From positions 1 to 64,000 of IMG/VR virus record IMGVR_UViG_3300037189_014399: a DNA stretch of 64,000 nucleotides; one strand, 5' to 3'. Shown here piece after piece: positions 16,076 to 25,455 of this stretch. Both the position numbers and the translations under genes were made by a program. The stretch comes from a virus. The notes under the pieces were generated by a model that had not been told where the DNA came from, ran no database searches, and saw only the letters and a list, made by a program, of their open reading frames with translations. Every line of letters begins with the position of its first letter. Positions within the stretch are counted from its first letter, which is position 1.

Positions 16076-16537
16076 CTATTCCCACCTATCTAATGGACCG
16101 TCTAATACAATTTTAGCAACCAAATCTTTTTGTTTCTGTAGCTCATCAGTAAGCTCGTTCCAGGGCTTGATCTGACGCTTTGTACGTACAAACTTGGGAG
16201 AAGCGAATAATAATGTTGTAATGCCCATCTGGACAGCTGCCTTACATCGATCCACGTCTGGATCTACAAATAGAACAATACGTCCTTGAGACTGAAGCAG
16301 CTTTAGGTGACGAACCTTCAGGTCTTCACCCTCAAAAGCGGAGTCGTTAGCTAGTAAATCTCCGTAACCGGATACAAGCTGTGTTCTTAGCCAGTGCTCG
16401 GCTGCAGCTTTATTGCCATCGGTAGATAAAACTACACGACCTGAAGCAAGTAACGCACTGTACAGCTTTAAACCCTGAGGAATAGGGTCACCAACTTCAG
16501 TGCGTAATACTCCATCTATGGAGATTAGCATTGTCAT
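16076..16537 (-). CDS. HAD-fold protein (PNKP-phosphatase-like, nucleophile Asp replaced)
   Basis: ISIDGVL motif I, VVLST motif II, K, LFVDPD motif IV. Confidence 0.65.
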   Translation of the reverse strand: MTMLISIDGVLRTEVGDPIPQGLKLYSALLASGRVVLSTDGNKAAAEHWLRTQLVSGYGDLLANDSAFEGEDLKVRHLKLLQSQGRIVLFVDPDVDRCKAAVQMGITTLLFASPKFVRTKRQIKPWNELTDELQKQKDLVAKIVLDGPLDRWE

Positions 16538-16539
16538 AT

Positions 16540-17460
16540 TTAGTACCTAGTAGCTGCCCTTCGAAGCAACGTTTCCGTGTTTGGTAGCTCAACTCCGTAA
16601 GTTGAGATGTCGTATTCTTTCTTAACTTCGTCTCTGTATTGCTTTATAGCCTTCAGTGCATTAACAGCGCCGGATTTCTTACCAGCCTGCCACCTATAAT
16701 TATTGTAATCAGCGTATCCAGCACCCTTAACACTAAATGCCAGCTTGCGCCCACCATGAATATCATCATAGAATGCTACTGCTTGGTCTACTACTAGTCT
16801 GAGCTTTCGCTCTGCGTTACGTCGATAGGCGTCATTAGGGGCGTTATGGAGTTCGTTTAGGGCCTGAGAGTAACGATTCAGCATTTCGACTGCTGTCTCG
16901 TAATCATGTTGAGCCTTTTGTTCCCACGCACGTGTATAAGGAATATGAGGAGACCTCTCAGGCTCTACAACCCAAGAGTCTGTATCTAAACTATATGCAG
17001 CATATGGATTTAAGTCACGAATATCTGATGCAGGATTTACATAGTAAGTTAATTCAAATCCATGCCAGTCCCTTGTGTAAGGAAGAATATCCGCATTAAA
17101 ATCTTCATTAAACATGTGTGCTATTTCTTCATTAGAAAGACCAATATATTCTGTGTTGTATTTTCTAAAAGAAATGTAATCAATACCTACCAAGCAATCT
17201 AGATCTCCTGGTGATCGTGCTGCAGACCATTGATATGAAATTCCAGATCCTGCTAACCACATATGTACCCAACGATCAGGTTGAGCAAAACGCTTAACTA
17301 GGTATTCCATAAGGATTCTACGTATACCGTTGCGTACTGCAGGGCGTAGTTCATTCCCCATAAATAGTCGGGCATCTAAGCTGGATTCAGGCGTGCTGAA
17401 ATACGAGGTATCACTCGGTTCAATGCTAATCTCTGAAAATGCCATGTTCATATTCTTCAT
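16540..17460 (-). CDS. Pol-beta-superfamily nucleotidyltransferase
   Basis: LAGS...GDLDCLV motif and distal acidic residue (FELTYY). Confidence 0.75.
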   Translation of the reverse strand: MKNMNMAFSEISIEPSDTSYFSTPESSLDARLFMGNELRPAVRNGIRRILMEYLVKRFAQPDRWVHMWLAGSGISYQWSAARSPGDLDCLVGIDYISFRKYNTEYIGLSNEEIAHMFNEDFNADILPYTRDWHGFELTYYVNPASDIRDLNPYAAYSLDTDSWVVEPERSPHIPYTRAWEQKAQHDYETAVEMLNRYSQALNELHNAPNDAYRRNAERKLRLVVDQAVAFYDDIHGGRKLAFSVKGAGYADYNNYRWQAGKKSGAVNALKAIKQYRDEVKKEYDISTYGVELPNTETLLRRAATRY

Positions 17461-17531
17461 TGTTTAGGGGTGTATGTCTCAGTAAATACAAAAGAGAGGA
17501 CCTAAGCCCTCTCCTTTGCACCTAAAATTAC

Positions 17532-17831
17532 TTATTCTGGCTTAGGTTCGTCTTGTGCCTTTAGCTTCATTGCTGTGTATTCAGCAGAGGCTTGAGCAGC
17601 TAGATCAAAGACGATCTCCTGTGAGTAACGACGTACCTCAATAAGTGTGGCATCTCGTTCACATGGAACGCCGACAATTGCTTGTGCGCTTCGTTCAATG
17701 AACATGTTGCCATCAGTATCAACTAGAACAACAAAACCAAACTTAATATTTGGAGTGTTAGCCGGTTGCTGATTATCGGTACTGCCATCGGCGTTTACCA
17801 GTGTTGCATCCTCAATTGGTTCTTCTGTCAT
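17532..17831 (-). CDS. hypothetical protein
   Basis: ORF in operon. Confidence 0.7.
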   Translation of the reverse strand: MTEEPIEDATLVNADGSTDNQQPANTPNIKFGFVVLVDTDGNMFIERSAQAIVGVPCERDATLIEVRRYSQEIVFDLAAQASAEYTAMKLKAQDEPKPE

Positions 17832-17838
17832 TTTATTC

Positions 17839-18405
17839 CTATTCGTATAGTCCGGACTGTTGTCTTGCCTTGGTTACCATAAACGTCTTAGCTGGACAAA
17901 AATCACAAAGAAATACATTTGTGACTGGTTTTGTAGAGAGGCCAACCTCTTTGCGTTCAGCTGCCGTTTTAGGTACCAATTTTTTGTTGTCTGCTTTCCA
18001 ATCGGGGCAGCGACCCTCAGGACGCAAATGTGCCTTGTAACAGCTCATTGCATCATCATAAAATGTTGCTTTAGTGGTGTAGTAATCGGGATCAATATCG
18101 GCAAGTCCACCACCAACACGATCACGCATGTTCTTAATAATCTCTTTACGAAACTTCTCTTGAGCCCAGAACTTAACACCGATCTTTGATAAGAAACCCG
18201 TGTGTTTGATCCCGGCACTTTCATGCTTTTCAATTAATACAGACAATAAATGATCATCATCTGGGTGACCTTCAAAGTCTGGAAGCTCTTCAATTGTTTT
18301 ACATTGATAGCAATAGAGCAGACGAATCTGAGGACCTTTGTCCTCAATAACTTTATATTCCCCACCTGTGTCAGCAGGTAAGCCGTTAGCACCTAGGATG
18401 CTCAT
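17839..18405 (-). CDS. Zn-binding hypothetical protein
   Basis: CYQC, CxxxH...C and CDFC motifs; AAGGAGG SD. Confidence 0.75.
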   Translation of the reverse strand: MSILGANGLPADTGGEYKVIEDKGPQIRLLYCYQCKTIEELPDFEGHPDDDHLLSVLIEKHESAGIKHTGFLSKIGVKFWAQEKFRKEIIKNMRDRVGGGLADIDPDYYTTKATFYDDAMSCYKAHLRPEGRCPDWKADNKKLVPKTAAERKEVGLSTKPVTNVFLCDFCPAKTFMVTKARQQSGLYE

Positions 18406-18450
18406 AAAACCCTCCTTACGTTGAGAGTTCTATCCTACCCTATTCTGAGA

Positions 18451-19833
18451 CTACTTGCGACGATCGTTTGTTTCAGGTTTACGTGAAGGTGGAAGAAGGC
18501 TTGACCAGTCTAATCTAACTCTAGGTTCCATATCTGTACCTAATCCTGCTGTAGAAACCGGCTGTTGAGACACCTGACCAGGACCAGCCGTTGGTAGATC
18601 TGTAACTTTGACTTCTTTACCGTCTCTAGTCTCTGTACGTGCCTTAATACGAGTAGTTTTACGCTTTGGAGTACCACCTGCGTCAAAGGTATTCAAGAAA
18701 TCTTCGTGTGTACCGCCGTTATTAATGTGGTGCTTATAAGCTGCAGCGTATCCTCTATGACCTAGAGCATCCTCATGTGAAATGAGCTCTTGTCCACCCA
18801 ATTTTTCCTTACGAAGCTGAATGATGTCTCTAGTTCTACCCTGGGATGTAGTTGTAACTGCGCCAGGCTTACGTACCACTTCAGACCTACGCACACCACG
18901 TACACCACGAGCACGATCAAGGTTTCCTGCGGCGGCAGCAGCGTGGGCCTGTGACCCAACCACTCCGGCACGTACGGCTTCCCTACGTTCTGGGGTTTGG
19001 TTTGCTTCAGCAACGTCTGGTCTAACTGTTTGGCGTTCACCTACAGGTACCTTTGTACCTAAAATACTGAGTATAACGTTAGGGGTTTCAGGGCCGCTTC
19101 TTCTTACATCATTTTTATCTAAATCTCTTAAAGACTTTCTATGTAAAGAACGAAGTTTCTTAGTGTCTAGATTTCCACTAGAGTCTAGGGATCTAATTAC
19201 AAGCTTATGACCCTCACTTAAAGATTGACCACTAGTGTGGCGATCTATGGCCTCATCTACGTAATTATTCATATCCTGCTCATGTTCAGGATACCAATTT
19301 TCTTGAGAAGGAAAGAATCCAGCTTTTAAGAACTTGCTATTAGCTAGGGGATTACCGGTAGCAAGCCTTGATACTCTTTGAGTTCTTGCTTTGCGTTTAC
19401 CGCTAGAACTAAGTCGATCAATATTTCCAGTTCTACGAAGCTTTTCTAATTCTTTTGTACGACGTGAAAGCTTTGTTATTGCGTATCCAGACTGTGCTTC
19501 AGCTCCTGAATACTCGGCTTTCTTCTCTCCAGTTTTAGGATCAACAGTTTCTGTTACTGTATCGTTTTCCATTTTAAATCCGTATTTAGATACGGGTACT
19601 TTAACAGCATTTTCTCTTGTTAACTGAGTTCTGCCTTCTAAAGCTTTTGTTGCAGCTTTAAGGTGAGTTTTGCAAAGAACAGCACGATTTTCTTCACCCT
19701 CTTGTTGTTCTCCACCTTTTGTTAATGTAAGAATGGAATGTGGTTCTTCTCCACAACCTGTTTGATCGCATGACAAACCAGATCCGGTATGTCCTGAACC
19801 GGAACGTCTATCGGGTATGCGTGTAAATGCCAT
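18451..19833 (-). CDS. large basic, low-complexity hypothetical protein
   Basis: Arg/Lys/Gly-rich; N-terminal CxxxxC...CxxH. Confidence 0.7.
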   Translation of the reverse strand: MAFTRIPDRRSGSGHTGSGLSCDQTGCGEEPHSILTLTKGGEQQEGEENRAVLCKTHLKAATKALEGRTQLTRENAVKVPVSKYGFKMENDTVTETVDPKTGEKKAEYSGAEAQSGYAITKLSRRTKELEKLRRTGNIDRLSSSGKRKARTQRVSRLATGNPLANSKFLKAGFFPSQENWYPEHEQDMNNYVDEAIDRHTSGQSLSEGHKLVIRSLDSSGNLDTKKLRSLHRKSLRDLDKNDVRRSGPETPNVILSILGTKVPVGERQTVRPDVAEANQTPERREAVRAGVVGSQAHAAAAAGNLDRARGVRGVRRSEVVRKPGAVTTTSQGRTRDIIQLRKEKLGGQELISHEDALGHRGYAAAYKHHINNGGTHEDFLNTFDAGGTPKRKTTRIKARTETRDGKEVKVTDLPTAGPGQVSQQPVSTAGLGTDMEPRVRLDWSSLLPPSRKPETNDRRK

Positions 19834-20030
19834 TATGCTTTATATCCGTTAGTTTCTATTCCTGGTTTAAAAATTGGAACTACATTCTCAGGAAGCGGCT
19901 CATTAGCAATAGAGTTACGAAACTCTTCTATATGGGCAACACGATCTTGCTCACGTTGAATACGTGATTTGTGTTCTAGAAAGCTTGCTCTCTGTCGAGC
20001 AAACCGGGCTTCCTTGGAGTTATCCCCCAT
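19833..20030 (-). CDS. hypothetical protein
   Basis: GGAGGA SD; TAATG coupling. Confidence 0.65.
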   Translation of the reverse strand: MGDNSKEARFARQRASFLEHKSRIQREQDRVAHIEEFRNSIANEPLPENVVPIFKPGIETNGYKA

Positions 20031-20042
20031 GGGATGTCCTCC

Positions 20043-20324
20043 TTAGTAGTTAGCACCCATCTGGTTATTGATGGTGTCAGCAACAGGAAGGCTGCGGTTA
20101 CGTGAAGGACGAGCGCTATCTGAAAGAGGCTCTACTTTTACAGGAGCTTCTTTATCAATGAAGTCATAGTTCCAATAAGGATTAAGATCTGCACGATTTG
20201 CCTTAACGATTTCTTCACCCATACCCTGAGCAACTTCAGTGTTAGGACGAGCTTTACGGTACTTGCCGTCAGTTGATCCCTCTGATAGTGATCCTCTGAG
20301 TGAGCGTGAGTTGTTAACTGCCAT
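20043..20324 (-). CDS. hypothetical protein
   Basis: ATG 20324 within ORF 20043..20366. Confidence 0.65.
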   Translation of the reverse strand: MAVNNSRSLRGSLSEGSTDGKYRKARPNTEVAQGMGEEIVKANRADLNPYWNYDFIDKEAPVKVEPLSDSARPSRNRSLPVADTINNQMGANY

Positions 20325-20496
20325 ATTTTTCTGCTCCATTATCTTTGAAATCACTTGTTGGCACATGTGACTTTACAACTTCTGCATTACTAATATTCTT
20401 AAGAAGGGTTAAACCCTCTCCACTTTTATTAAATTCTACAGAACGAGTAGCACGAATTGCTTGACGTCGTGCGTGATTAGGACGAAGAAACGCCAT
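20314..20496 (-). CDS. small basic hypothetical protein
   Basis: ORF track; TAATG coupling. Confidence 0.55.
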   Translation of the reverse strand: MAFLRPNHARRQAIRATRSVEFNKSGEGLTLLKNISNAEVVKSHVPTSDFKDNGAEKYGS

Positions 20497-20669
20497 TATT
20501 TTCTCTTACCCTTCGTTTTGCTGTCTGTAGTCTTCTTTTGAGGCTTGCCTTCCTCACGGACCTTTTGCTTAGCCCGCTCTACATCCTCATGCTTTTTTTC
20601 CTTCATAGGCTTAACTGTGTGCTTCTGAGGCTTACCCGTAATTGGGTTAGTAAGCTTAGATATAGACAT
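20496..20669 (-). CDS. Lys-rich micro-protein, 57 aa
   Basis: hand translation MSISKLTNPITGKPQKH...KTKGKRK. Confidence 0.6.
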   Translation of the reverse strand: MSISKLTNPITGKPQKHTVKPMKEKKHEDVERAKQKVREEGKPQKKTTDSKTKGKRK

Positions 20670-20714
20670 AGGTATAGTTTCCCTTACTTGGTCCGAATTG
20701 TCTTTACAAATTGC

Positions 20715-20891
20715 CTATCGGCGGTTACTCATTATGGACTTTGCTTGCTTAGCGTAAAGCTGATCCCTGCAATCGGCACAATGCCCCGTTGAACCGCTGT
20801 AGAAATGCTCGATTGGAGTCATTAGCCTCTTGCATCCTGGACAAGTAACCGAGCCAGAATAGATAGTTTGGGTTGTATTCTCGGTATCCAT
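20715..20891 (-). CDS. zinc-ribbon micro-protein, 58 aa
   Basis: hand translation CPGC...CADC; AGGAG SD. Confidence 0.65.
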   Translation of the reverse strand: MDTENTTQTIYSGSVTCPGCKRLMTPIEHFYSGSTGHCADCRDQLYAKQAKSIMSNRR

Positions 20892-20939
20892 TGATATCTT
20901 CTCCTAATACTTTGAGACTGTTGTCGTACCAAATTAGCA

Positions 20940-21299
20940 TTACCAGAACCCACCGCTTTGAGCATTGCGTTCTGTTCCCTGGTATCCGGCTTGACCACCA
21001 GTAAAATCTACACGTGTAGGAGGTTGATCCTCGTTTACGTCCATGACGTCCATAAGACCAATCTCTCTTGTTCTGTAGCCCTGTGTTTCTCTAAATAATT
21101 GTAGCTGAGGAAGTCGAGGCCTAACAACACGTTGAACTTCAGCTCTTGGCATTGTTACTACGTTTAAAGCTTGAGATAAAAGCGCATCTTGAAATGATGC
21201 AAAGGGACCCATGTAATCATAACGAATACCTGGATCCATAGACTCTTGAGTAATTGGACGAGGCTTGGAATGATCATATACTCCATCAGGTGAGTTCAT
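20940..21299 (-). CDS. hypothetical protein
   Basis: ORF track. Confidence 0.65.
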   Translation of the reverse strand: MNSPDGVYDHSKPRPITQESMDPGIRYDYMGPFASFQDALLSQALNVVTMPRAEVQRVVRPRLPQLQLFRETQGYRTREIGLMDVMDVNEDQPPTRVDFTGGQAGYQGTERNAQSGGFW

Positions 21300-21363
21300 T
21301 TGTAATCACCCAGCCACTGCCCCAAGAAAATTGGACCTGGGGTTAATTTTTTAATCGACATAT

Positions 21364-21906
21364 TTAAGCCCAATGCGGTCTCAAATGATTAAATCTATTA
21401 TTGGTTGCTGGATTAAACTCAGCAGGAACCATAGATGATGTGTTTGCCTTGCCATCATTGACAAGCTTTGGATTCTCTGCAAGTTTAAAGTTAGGTGCTT
21501 GACGTTGTACAAACATCTCTGTTCCACCATCTACATTAACCAAAGTAACTTGACGCTTCACTCCACGATCTGGTTTTAATCCTGCAGGCCATAGGTATTG
21601 TGATGCGTCAATGCGTTCACCTTTGTGAACACCTCGTTGATAGCCACGTTGATTCTGACGACTTTTTAAAGAGTCAAGTACAGTATCTGAAGTTGAGTAA
21701 GGCTTGCCTTTGTCGTCACGACGTGTGCGTATGGTGCCTAGATATCCGTCTGGATACTCTGCCTCTGGTTTACGGCCAACACCTAACCGTAGGTAATCCA
21801 TGTCACTACGAGGGACGACGGGAGTACCGCCACCGCCTGTAGTTGTGTAAGCACCTATGTAACCGTTGGCTCCAAGGTACTGCCAGTTTTGATGGGATTG
21901 AGGCAT
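21364..21906 (-). CDS. hypothetical protein (YPDGYLGTI...RGVHKGERID)
   Basis: ORF track; no function recognised. Confidence 0.7.
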   Translation of the reverse strand: MPQSHQNWQYLGANGYIGAYTTTGGGGTPVVPRSDMDYLRLGVGRKPEAEYPDGYLGTIRTRRDDKGKPYSTSDTVLDSLKSRQNQRGYQRGVHKGERIDASQYLWPAGLKPDRGVKRQVTLVNVDGGTEMFVQRQAPNFKLAENPKLVNDGKANTSSMVPAEFNPATNNRFNHLRPHWA

Positions 21907-21931
21907 GATTAAATGATACAGACAAAAGAAA

Positions 21932-21955
21932 AGACCGGAGGGTTATCTCCGGTCT
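21932..21955 (-). terminator. intrinsic terminator after lysis genes
   Basis: AGACCGGAG/CTCCGGTCT with T-rich tail on - strand. Confidence 0.7.
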
Positions 21956-21970
21956 ATTCTTATTTAATAA

Positions 21971-22162
21971 TTACTTTGCAGTAATACCAAACGCTGAATC
22001 CTTAGGATTCAATGCACGTAGAAGTGGGCCTGCAACTGATGCCAAAGCCGCACTTGCGAGCGCCTTAGCGTCTGTGTTTCCAGCTAGATACAACGCTAGT
22101 ACTGCTGAGATAGCTGTACGTCCGTATGAAGCTGCTGCTGCTTGTAGTGCCTTTGAGTTCAT
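21971..22162 (-). CDS. holin
   Basis: 63 aa, two Ala-rich hydrophobic segments, LRALNPKDxAFG tail, next to endolysin. Confidence 0.75.
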   Translation of the reverse strand: MNSKALQAAAASYGRTAISAVLALYLAGNTDAKALASAALASVAGPLLRALNPKDSAFGITAK

Positions 22163-22201
22163 TTTTCCTCTTTCGATAGGTAACCCGTTAGGGTGAACTT
22201 A

Positions 22202-22699
22202 TCATACACCCGCTGGATACTTTGGTCGAGCAATGCCCATGACTAGGGCGTACGAACGATGACGAAGAAATACGCCATCTCCGTTAGCCTGAGATCCTCC
22301 CGTATGGGACTCTCCTGAGGTGTTACCTTCGATAGTTGTAAGGGTGCCCTTACCATCATTTGATACAACAATACCCACATGCTCTGTGTCATTTGGGTTC
22401 TTGTCAAAATTAAAGAATACGATATCTCCAGCTTGTGCTTTACCTACTGGAACAATCTGCTTATTCTTTTGAAACCACTGGAAACCTGCATCGCATGACG
22501 CAAAGCCCTTCTTTGTGGATGCTGCCACTAGCGCAGACAATCCTGCTTCATCAAAACACTTAGAGACGAACATTGCACACCAAGGTTGGTGATTCATTCC
22601 GTACCAAGTACCAAAAATTGTGTCGTTATTTGTACCTTCTTTGTAGCCCTGATCAGCGTACTTCTTAGCTGTAGCTACTACTGTTGCGGCGTTCGCCAT
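22202..22699 (-). CDS. endolysin, CHAP-family amidase/peptidase
   Basis: PWCAMFVS (Cys), GDIVFF, HVGIV (His), TIEGNT. Confidence 0.9.
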   Translation of the reverse strand: MANAATVVATAKKYADQGYKEGTNNDTIFGTWYGMNHQPWCAMFVSKCFDEAGLSALVAASTKKGFASCDAGFQWFQKNKQIVPVGKAQAGDIVFFNFDKNPNDTEHVGIVVSNDGKGTLTTIEGNTSGESHTGGSQANGDGVFLRHRSYALVMGIARPKYPAGV

Positions 22700-23007
22700 G
22701 AGTGCTCCTCAATATGTTGTTCAAATTTTCCTTCAAGCTTAGAAACAGTTTGACTGATCTCTACTTGATTTGCCCTTAGCTCTTTTACTAAAGGAAGTAG
22801 CTGTAATTTTACTACATCTACCAGAGAGCTTCCGCCATTGTGTCGCAGCTCAGCGGCAACGTCCTTCATCTCTTCTTTGGCTCTAAGTGCATTCTCTTCA
22901 ATAACATGATGGATTGCTTTTTTTAACACGAACCAGATTCCTCCCCCTAGGGCTGCGGTTACAAAGAAATATGAGTAGACAATTGTTGCCCAGTCTGAAG
23001 CTGACAT
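22678..23007 (-). CDS. membrane protein of lysis cassette
   Basis: N-terminal TM, NGGSSL motif, coiled coil. Confidence 0.7.
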   Translation of the reverse strand: MSASDWATIVYSYFFVTAALGGGIWFVLKKAIHHVIEENALRAKEEMKDVAAELRHNGGSSLVDVVKLQLLPLVKELRANQVEISQTVSKLEGKFEQHIEEHSWRTPQQ

Positions 23008-23049
23008 CAGGACTCCCTATGAGATACAAATAATGTACATACTATGCCC

Positions 23050-23077
23050 TTGAATTTGTAATACGTAATGCTAAACT
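23050..23077 (+). promoter_or_regulatory. putative sigma-A-type promoter
   Basis: TTGAAT-N16-TAAACT with TG extended -10, in divergent gap. Confidence 0.45.
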
Positions 23078-23103
23078 GACCGTAACTACATAAGGAGAGA
23101 GAA

Positions 23104-24993
23104 ATAAAAGCACTGCGTCTATTCGCAGCATTATTCCTAGCACTTATTTCGGCACTATACCCAGTAATACTTTTAGAATCAGCGTACGGCGATGGGTCAT
23201 CCCTTAGCGCACCCAGACAGCTTCAAGTTGAAGTAAGTGATGGTGTAGTTAAACTTGAATGGGAAGCACCAGCACAAGGTACGGTAGAACGCTATGCCGT
23301 TTTCTTTGACTGTCCAACAGACTTTACTGGTTGTGGTCAAGGTTGGGCTATTCCTAGTGGCAATGGTGGCGACGCAAGCGCACTAAAGACAACTATGAAC
23401 ATACCTGTAGAGTTATTAAATTCTATAGTGCCTACAGCAACTATGTGGGATTTTAGAGTTAGAGCTGATAACGATACAGATCATCTTTACTCTCCACTTT
23501 CAAATGGAGTTAAGATCCGAATTGCTCCTGCTCCGGCTCCGAACCCAACCCCAACTCCGACTGCCACTCCTCAACCAAGTCCAACTCCCACATTAGATCC
23601 TCAGCCAAGTCCATCACCAAGTCCAACAAGTTCTCCGACTCCGTCTCCAAGCGCCTCACCCGAGGCATCGCAGACCAGTAGCCCAGCACCAAGCCCGACA
23701 CCAAGCCCAGAACCAACACCGCAATCAACTCCATCTGTTCATTCCTTTCCTGAAAATTCAGTACATTCTACTGGTGAAGAGTGGGGATCTATAACATTAG
23801 AGGCCCCAAGTAACTCCGTATTTACTAGTGTTTACTTTGCTAATTATGGACTGCCTATTGACTACCGTGCAAACTCAGAATGCTCTGCTGATGTGTCAGG
23901 CTATGTTGCTAATGCTTTTATAGGTAAAAGCGTTGGAACTGTAGACGTAACAAATGTAACAGCAAATGGCGATCCATGCTACGGCATTGGAAAGCACCTA
24001 TCAATAATTCTTATTTATGGTCCTGCTCCTCAGCCTACCATCCCCGTTGTTTCTTCCACACCAGCTCCTGCTCCAACCGATGCACCTGCGCCAGCGCCTG
24101 ATCCAATTCCTTCTCCAACACCTCAACCCGATCCTGTAGTTCCACCTCAACCACCGGTTGTTGTACCAGATCCTGTACCAGCTCCTGCGCCAGCTCCTGA
24201 ACCGGTGCCAGCTCCTGCTCCAGAACCTGCACCTGCTCCAGCACCTGAACCTGCACCTGAGCCAGCCCCAGAGCCAGCGCCAGAGCCTGCTCCAGCTCCC
24301 GAACCAGACCCTGAACCAGCTCCCGAGCCCGCTCCAGAGCCACAACCTGCTCCTGAGCCCGCTCCGGAACCACAGCCTGAGCCTGCGCCAGCCCCAGAAC
24401 CTGCCCCAGCTCCTGAGCCTGCGCCTGCACCCGATCCTGCTCCTGCCCCAGAACCCTTACCAATTCCTGAACCTGCTCCAGAACCTGCACCTGAACCTCC
24501 TCTAGTAAATGGACTTGTACCTAATAGTCCTGATCAATTACCAGAGGATACACCAAAGGAAGCACCAGAGGAAGTACTCGTTCCTCACATACAGGTTGAT
24601 AAACCAGGTGTAGAGAACGGTGGCATTGAGTTCTTTGGTACTAAGTCTCAACCTCAAGTAGTTCAGGAAGACGGAACGCTAACACCTCCGCCACCATTGC
24701 CTGGTTCAGGAGATCCAATTCCTCCTGATGCGATCACTATTACTGAAACCTTTATCGGACAACCAGGTGGAACTACATTCAATGCACCTGACGTTGCTGT
24801 CCCAGTAGAACCAATTGTTGTAAACATTGACATCCCAGGTGTAGGCGATGCAGCGCAAGCTGTTGCTGACGCCTATGTTGCATTGGCAAATATTGGCAAT
24901 GACATGAGTCCAGTTACCCGTAAGAAAGCTAAGAAGATTCTAGTTGCAACAATTGTTGCTTCTGGTATTGCCCAGTTAAGAAGGAGATTCTAA
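23104..24993 (+). CDS. surface protein: signal peptide, FN3, SUEL-type lectin, Pro-rich stalk, C-terminal anchor (probable ATA start)
   Basis: frame open 97 codons upstream of ATG 23395; AAGGAG-N6-ATA; KALR+hydrophobic+AYG; LxWEAP...FRVRAxN; ANYG...GK...GDPC...KHL. Confidence 0.75.
   Translation: MKALRLFAALFLALISALYPVILLESAYGDGSSLSAPRQLQVEVSDGVVKLEWEAPAQGTVERYAVFFDCPTDFTGCGQGWAIPSGNGGDASALKTTMNIPVELLNSIVPTATMWDFRVRADNDTDHLYSPLSNGVKIRIAPAPAPNPTPTPTATPQPSPTPTLDPQPSPSPSPTSSPTPSPSASPEASQTSSPAPSPTPSPEPTPQSTPSVHSFPENSVHSTGEEWGSITLEAPSNSVFTSVYFANYGLPIDYRANSECSADVSGYVANAFIGKSVGTVDVTNVTANGDPCYGIGKHLSIILIYGPAPQPTIPVVSSTPAPAPTDAPAPAPDPIPSPTPQPDPVVPPQPPVVVPDPVPAPAPAPEPVPAPAPEPAPAPAPEPAPEPAPEPAPEPAPAPEPDPEPAPEPAPEPQPAPEPAPEPQPEPAPAPEPAPAPEPAPAPDPAPAPEPLPIPEPAPEPAPEPPLVNGLVPNSPDQLPEDTPKEAPEEVLVPHIQVDKPGVENGGIEFFGTKSQPQVVQEDGTLTPPPPLPGSGDPIPPDAITITETFIGQPGGTTFNAPDVAVPVEPIVVNIDIPGVGDAAQAVADAYVALANIGNDMSPVTRKKAKKILVATIVASGIAQLRRRF
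24160..24500 (+). repeat. coding (PA/PE)n low-complexity repeat
   Basis: degenerate CCN-GCN/GAR codon repeats. Confidence 0.85.
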
Positions 24994-25178
24994 TGAAAGG
25001 TCTATTACAAGATCTAGCTAATCAAATCTGGACCTTTGTAGGTCTATTTGCTGCATGGCTAGTACTAACCGGTAGCGCTAAGACAGTCGTAGGAGATGCA
25101 ATTCTTATTTCAGTCTTCCTATGGATTGCTACTTACCGTCTACGTAACCCTAAGGATAAAGATGAACAGACTGACTAA
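24993..25178 (+). CDS. small 2-TM membrane protein
   Basis: TAATG coupling; hydrophobic. Confidence 0.7.
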   Translation: MKGLLQDLANQIWTFVGLFAAWLVLTGSAKTVVGDAILISVFLWIATYRLRNPKDKDEQTD

Positions 25179-25452
25179 TACTATTGCCCGTATCTTTGCA
25201 GTATTTGCTGCATCGGGCCTATCAGTAATTGGAGCCGGCGCTCTTGCAGGTATATCAACTGTTAAAGCAATTATCATGGCTGGAATTACTGGTGTTGCAA
25301 CAGTTGTAGAAAGACTTGCACGATCATTTCTTGATGATGGAAAGCTAGACAAGCTAGAGATTGATGCTGCTTTCTCACAAATTGATAACAAGTCTTTGAC
25401 TGAGGAAGACCTTACCCTTATAAAGAAAAAAGGCCCGATCTCTCGGGCCTAA
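25162..25452 (+). CDS. 2-TM membrane protein with EF-hand-like tail
   Basis: ATG 25162; hydrophobic N-half; DDGKLDKLEID. Confidence 0.65.
   Translation: MNRLTNTIARIFAVFAASGLSVIGAGALAGISTVKAIIMAGITGVATVVERLARSFLDDGKLDKLEIDAAFSQIDNKSLTEEDLTLIKKKGPISRA
25431..25450. terminator. hairpin at convergent gene ends
   Basis: AGGCCCGA/TCGGGCCT preceded by A run. Confidence 0.6.
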
Positions 25453-25455
25453 TTC

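Noticed and set aside
20749-20940. ORF-track 63-aa ORF
   Set aside because: The overlapping frame 20715-20891 has a clear SD and a CxxC...CxxC motif and is the better gene
24001-24505. Alternative-frame and antisense ORFs over the Pro-rich repeat
   Set aside because: Shadows of low-complexity codon repeats; the same applies to + strand ORFs over the collagen repeat at 63465-63888
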